The notes below the pieces were generated by a model. It was not told the origin of the DNA. It worked only from the letters and a program-made list of their open reading frames with translations, and made no database searches. From Nitrospirota bacterium (GTDB lineage Bacteria > Nitrospirota > Thermodesulfovibrionia > Thermodesulfovibrionales > Dissulfurispiraceae), in the NCBI GenBank assembly GCA_963790025.1, contig CAWBMP010000004.1, forward strand, positions 960,001 through 1,024,000: DNA of 64,000 nt. Direction: 5' to 3'. Below, in pieces: positions 59,108-64,000 of the stretch. The first letter of the stretch is position 1. Every line of letters begins with the position of its first letter. Position numbers and translations under genes: made by a program.

Positions 59108-62100
59108 ATGGGCGTATCCAGAAGAGATTTCCTGAAGATTTCCGGCGGATCTGTTCTTGCGGGGTCTTTGGGAGTGGGAGTTAAACAGGCAGAAGCAGAT
59201 ACAGCAGAGCTTAAAATCAAAAATGCAAAAGAGACCCTTACCATATGCCCATTTTGCTCCGTGGGTTGCGGCATTGTTGTACACTCGGCAAACGGCAAAG
59301 TCATAAATACCGAGGGCGATCCAGATCACCCCATAAACGAAGGCACGCTCTGCTCAAAAGGCTCCTCGATGTATCAGGTCATAAACAATCCGTCCCGGCT
59401 CACAAAGCCGCTCTACCGTGCACCAGGCGCCGCTCAATGGAAAGAGGTTGAGTGGGAATGGGCCTTTGATGAGATTGCAAATAGAATAAAAGATACGCGT
59501 GACAGGACGTTCAAAACCACCTCAAAGTCAAAAGTGAAAGAAAAGGGCCCTGATGGAAATGAAGTAGAGGTAGAGAAGGAATTCTTGGTCAACCGGACCG
59601 ACGGGATCGCCCATGTGGGAAGCGCCGCCCTTGATAATGAGGAATGCTATCTGATACAGAAATGGGTCCGCTCTCTGGGACTTGTTTATGTAGAGCACCA
59701 GGCCCGAATATGACACTCCGCAACTGTAGCGGCTCTGGCAGAGTCGTTCGGACGCGGTGCAATGACAAACCACTGGATAGACCTCAGGAATGCCGATGTT
59801 ATTCTCGTAATGGGTGGAAACCCTGCGGAAAACCATCCCATATCAATGAAATGGATCATGATGGCCAGGGAGAGAGGCGCAAAACTCATAGTCGTTGATC
59901 CGCGTTTTACCCGTACTGCAGCAAAGGCCGATATATATGCCTCACTTCGTTCAGGGACCGATATCGCTTTCCTCGGCGGCATGATTAAATACATTTTCGA
60001 TCACAACCTCTACTTCAGGGATTATGTCGTGAATTATACCAATGCAGCATTTCTTGTTAATCCTGACTTCAAAGGCCCTGGAGAATTGGAAGGACTCTTC
60101 TCCGGATATGACCCCAAAGCCAGAAAATATGATAAAAAGACATGGTCCTTCCAGATGGACGCAAGCGGCGTACCGAAGAAAGACCCGACACTCAAAGATC
60201 CCCATTGTGTTTTTCAGCTGCTAAGGAAACAGTATGCACGTTATACTCTCGATAAAGTTTCAAGCATTACCGGGACCCCGAAGGAAGACCTCCTGAAGGT
60301 ATACAAAACTTATGCCTCAACCGGAAGGCCGGACAGGGCAGGCACCGAATGTTACGCAATGGGCTGGACCCAGCATACGGTAGGGACCCAGAATATAAGG
60401 ACCATGTCAATAATCCAGCTCCTTCTCGGCAATATTGGAATAGCCGGGGGTGGAGTAAACGCCCTGAGAGGCGAATCCAATGTCCAGGGTTCTACAGATC
60501 ACGGGCTGCTTTTCCACGTATTGCCGGGTTATCTTCCGGTGCCCAGTGCTACAGTTGTTGATCTGAAAGCCTACATAGACAAATTCACCCCGAAGACAAA
60601 AGAGCCTAAAAGCGTGAATTGGATGAGCAATATAGGCAAATACATGACGAGTTACCTGAAAGCTATATACGGGGACCATGCGACAAAGGAAAATGATTTC
60701 GGATATGCCTGGCTTCCCAAGCCCGATGAAGGAATGAACGCATCATGGCTCATGATTTTTGACCAGATGTTCAAGGGGAAATTCGATGGTTTCTTTGCCT
60801 GGGGACAAAATCCCGCATGTTCGGGTGCGAATTCTATCAAGACGAGAAAGGCACTGGCAAAGCTGAAATGGATGGTGAATGTAAATCTGTTTGATAATGA
60901 AACAGGCTCGTTCTGGAGGGGCCCCGGAGTGAATCCAAAAGAAATTCAGACTGAGGTCTTCATGCTTCCATGCTGCTCATCGGTTGAAAAGGAAGGCAGC
61001 ATCTCTAATTCAGGGCGCTGGGCACAATGGCGATACAAGGCGATACCTCCTATCGGCCAATCCAAACCGGACAGTGACATCATGAATGAACTCTTCTTCA
61101 GAGTAAAAAAACTCTACGCCCGCAAAGGCGGTGCATTCCCAGCCCCGATACTGAACCTGACATGGAACTATGGTGAAAGAGGTCCGGACGGGAAGGTCAA
61201 AGAGATCAATACTCACCTCATCGCCAGGGAGATTAACGGGTACTATCTTGAAGACCTATTTGACAAGAAAGCCACTCCTCCAAAGCAGCTCGGGAAGAAG
61301 GGAGAACTCTGCGCCACCTTCGTGCATCTTCAGGACGACGGATCTACGTCATGCGGCAACTGGATATATAGCCAGAGTTATACTCAGAAAGACGGGAAAA
61401 TCATTAATATGATGGCGAGGAGGAAAAAGACCGATCCTACAGGGCTGGGACTTTATCCTGAATGGTCGTGGTGCTGGCCAGTGAACAGGAGGATAATCTA
61501 CAATCGCGCATCCGTTGACCCGCAAGGCAGGCCGTGGGACCAGAAAAGGGTCCTTCTTAAATGGAACGCCGAAAAAGAAGATCCCAACACAAAAAAGCCC
61601 GGCGTATGGGAAGGAGATGTGCCTGACGGCCCTGCTCCTCCGTTAGCTTCGGAAAAAGGGAAATACCCTTTCATCATGAAGCCGGATGGCGTGGGTTCTG
61701 TGTTCGGGCCGGGACTTAATGACGGGCCGTTCCCTGAACATTATGAGGCGCTCGAATGTCCCGTGCATGAAAATCCGATGTCGAAGCAGAGGATCAATCC
61801 CGCAATCAAACTTTTTGCTGATACAGACACGTTCTCGTGTGATTTAAGGTTCCCTTACGTGGCTACAACATATCGCATTTCCGAGCACTGGCAGACAGGT
61901 GTCATGACGAGGCATGAGCCGTGGCTGCTTGAGGCGGTCCCGCAGCAGTTCGTCGAAATGAGCGAGGAGCTTGCCAGGGACAAGAATATTAAATCAGGCG
62001 ATAAAGTAACTATAAAATCCGGTCGCGGCGAAATATGGGCCGTTGCAGTGGTGACAAAAAGATTCAAGCCTTTTAAGATCGCGGGCGGCATAGTGCACCA

Positions 62101-62254
62101 GGTAGGGCTGCCGTGGTGTTTTGGATGGCAGTATCCCGAGGACGGCAGCGGAGGCGACAGTTCCAATATTTTGACCTCCACCATTGGTGACGCAAATACC
62201 ATGATCCCTGAATCCAAGGCCTTCATGGTGAATATCGAGAAGGCAAAGGTATAG
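59108..62254 (+). CDS. fdnG: Formate dehydrogenase alpha subunit, selenocysteine, Tat-exported
   Basis: SRRDFLK; CPFCSVGC; HQARI-U-HSATV (TGA 59711-59713) in frame with ORF 59762-62254; SECIS-like GCGGCTCT-GGC-AGAGTCGT. Confidence 0.95.
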
Positions 62255-62262
62255 GAGGAGAT

Positions 62263-63078
62263 ATGGCAACCGCAATTAAAACAAAAGGCGCATTGATAGA
62301 TTTGACCAAGTGCATTGGATGCAGGGGCTGTCAGATCGCCTGCAAAAACTGGAACAGCCGCTCGGTGAAAAAAACAGTGATGACCGGCAATTTTACCAGC
62401 CCCGTTGATCTTAACTCTGAGACGTATACTATGGTGAAATTTGTTGAGCAGGAGCACGACAACAGGCTCGGATGGGATTTCATAAAACTGCAATGCATGC
62501 ACTGTAATGACCCGGCATGCGCATCCGTGTGTCCCGTAGGCGCTTTAAAAAAGAGCCCTGCCGGACCGGTCATTTATGAAGCCGACCGCTGTATCGGCTG
62601 CCGGTACTGCATGCTGGCTTGTCCGTTCCAGGTCCCCAAATATGAATGGGAAAAGACGTTTCCGCTTGTTCAAAAGTGTACGTTCTGCGCTGACAGGATA
62701 GCAGGTGGGATGACGCCTGCCTGTGCAAAGTCATGTGCACCCGGCGCAATTCTTTTCGGTGATCATGAAAAGGTCGCCGCCGAAGCCGAGCGCCGTATCA
62801 GGGAACACCCCAATAAATATGTGAATCACATTTATGGAAAGGAGGAAGCGGGCGGCACATTATGGATGTACATATCAGGCGTTCCCTTTGAGACCCTGGG
62901 CTTCAGAATGAACATCCCCAAAGTTGCCCTTCCTTCATTAACATGGGCATCTCTGGCAAAACTCCCTTATGCAGTCGGCGGCCTGGTGACCATTCTGTCG
63001 CTTATTGCCTATTTCAGAAACCGCGGAGCAGAACATGAATCTGCCACGCGGAACAACAGCGAGAAGGAGGGACAATAA
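62263..63078 (+). CDS. fdnH: Formate dehydrogenase Fe-S beta subunit with C-terminal TM
   Basis: CIGCRGCQIAC, CMHCNDPACASVCP, CIGCRYCMLACP, KCTFC. Confidence 0.9.
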   Translation: MATAIKTKGALIDLTKCIGCRGCQIACKNWNSRSVKKTVMTGNFTSPVDLNSETYTMVKFVEQEHDNRLGWDFIKLQCMHCNDPACASVCPVGALKKSPAGPVIYEADRCIGCRYCMLACPFQVPKYEWEKTFPLVQKCTFCADRIAGGMTPACAKSCAPGAILFGDHEKVAAEAERRIREHPNKYVNHIYGKEEAGGTLWMYISGVPFETLGFRMNIPKVALPSLTWASLAKLPYAVGGLVTILSLIAYFRNRGAEHESATRNNSEKEGQ

Positions 63079-64000
63079 TGAATACAATCGAAAGCCGGCC
63101 AACTGCATCATTTTTGTCGCCGGGCACGCTGATATTGATAGCGTTAATTTTCATAGGAGGGTTTGCCGCTTTCTACCGCTTCGCAAACGGATTGGGCGCG
63201 GCTACGAACCTTAGCGATAACGTACCCTGGGGCTTATGGATTGCGTGCGATGTCCTGAGTGGAGTGGCGCTTGCAGCCGGAGGTTTTACCATAACAGCGG
63301 CAGTCTATATCTTCAATATGAAAAAATACAAACCTATTGCCCGCCCTGCCATCCTGACTGCATTTATCGGTTATCTGATGGTCATCGTAGGGATCGTCAT
63401 CGACATAGGACAGCCCCTCAGGATAATGCATCCCATCTATATGTGGCAGCACCGTTCCGTCATGTTCGAGGTTGTCATATGCGTTGCTCTTTATACAGCG
63501 GTGCTCACGCTCGAATTCGCCCCATCTTTTCTTGAACGGTTCAGGCTTCATGGATTGCTGAAAATCCTCAAATTCTTCACTTTCCCGATTGTGATAGCAG
63601 GCATCACCCTTTCGTTCCTTCACCAGTCTTCGTTGGGTGCCCTCTACTTAATAGTACCAGCTAAGATGAGCAAGCTCTGGTACTCTCCTGTCATGCCTCA
63701 GATGTTTTATTTATCAGCTATCTGTGTGGGATTGGCAATGACGAATTTTGAGACTATAATGAGCGCCAGGGTATTCAAAAAAGAATATGAACACGACATT
63801 ATCAGTGGACTTGCAAAGGGGACTTCGATAGCGCTTCTCATATATCTTGTACTTAAAGTAATAGACCTGCAAGTCAGAGGGGCTTTACCGCTGCTTTTTG
63901 GCGGAAGTGCGGCTGCCAAAATGTTCCTCTCCGAAATAACAATTGGTGTCATCGCGCCAATGGTGATGCTCTGGATCAAAAATATTCGCGAGTCGATCGG
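63078..64000 (+). CDS. NrfD/HybB-family membrane anchor (3' truncated; absent from ORF track)
   Basis: ATG overlaps fdnH stop; RFANGLGAATNLSDNVPWGLWI..DV..GVALAAGG, SVMFEV, LSFLHQSSLG. Confidence 0.9.
   Translation, partial: MNTIESRPTASFLSPGTLILIALIFIGGFAAFYRFANGLGAATNLSDNVPWGLWIACDVLSGVALAAGGFTITAAVYIFNMKKYKPIARPAILTAFIGYLMVIVGIVIDIGQPLRIMHPIYMWQHRSVMFEVVICVALYTAVLTLEFAPSFLERFRLHGLLKILKFFTFPIVIAGITLSFLHQSSLGALYLIVPAKMSKLWYSPVMPQMFYLSAICVGLAMTNFETIMSARVFKKEYEHDIISGLAKGTSIALLIYLVLKVIDLQVRGALPLLFGGSAAAKMFLSEITIGVIAPMVMLWIKNIRESI

Noticed and set aside
59711..59713. fdnG as a nonsense pseudogene
   Set aside because: The TGA lies at the catalytic Sec/Cys position and is followed by a SECIS-like hairpin.

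Overview
64 kb of a bacterial chromosome. The gene content is compatible with a Nitrospirota/Desulfobacterota-like anaerobic diazotroph (inference only). 1-9 kb: tail of a Mo-nitrogenase cluster (fused nifEN, nifX, nifI1/I2, fdxB, single-domain nifB, hesA-like gene, mop, modABC, trmO-like gene). 9-29.4 kb: nitrogen-uptake and assimilation super-cluster (three Amt, two further PII, two almost identical glnA, glnE, APC permease, PP2C-kinase fusion). Six sigma54 promoters between 4 and 21.3 kb share a fixed ACA-N4-TGT / IHF / -24-12 architecture. 29-41 kb: housekeeping genes (dppBC, ispG, mltG, groESL with CIRCE) and a complete IS1202-like element. 41-47 kb: plasmid-like islet with a dNTPase plus two EEP nucleases behind four serial terminators, divergent from a ParM/ParR-like pair. 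51.4-54.7 kb: an orphan, shortened, highly remodelled but intact RNA polymerase beta-prime paralog, the most striking feature of the window. 54.7-64 kb: toxin-antitoxin relics, unknown exported proteins and a selenocysteine formate dehydrogenase operon. A second selenoprotein (UxxC thioredoxin-TPR) is truncated in the ORF track. No rRNA, tRNA or CRISPR array was recognised. All calls are by eye, without database searches.
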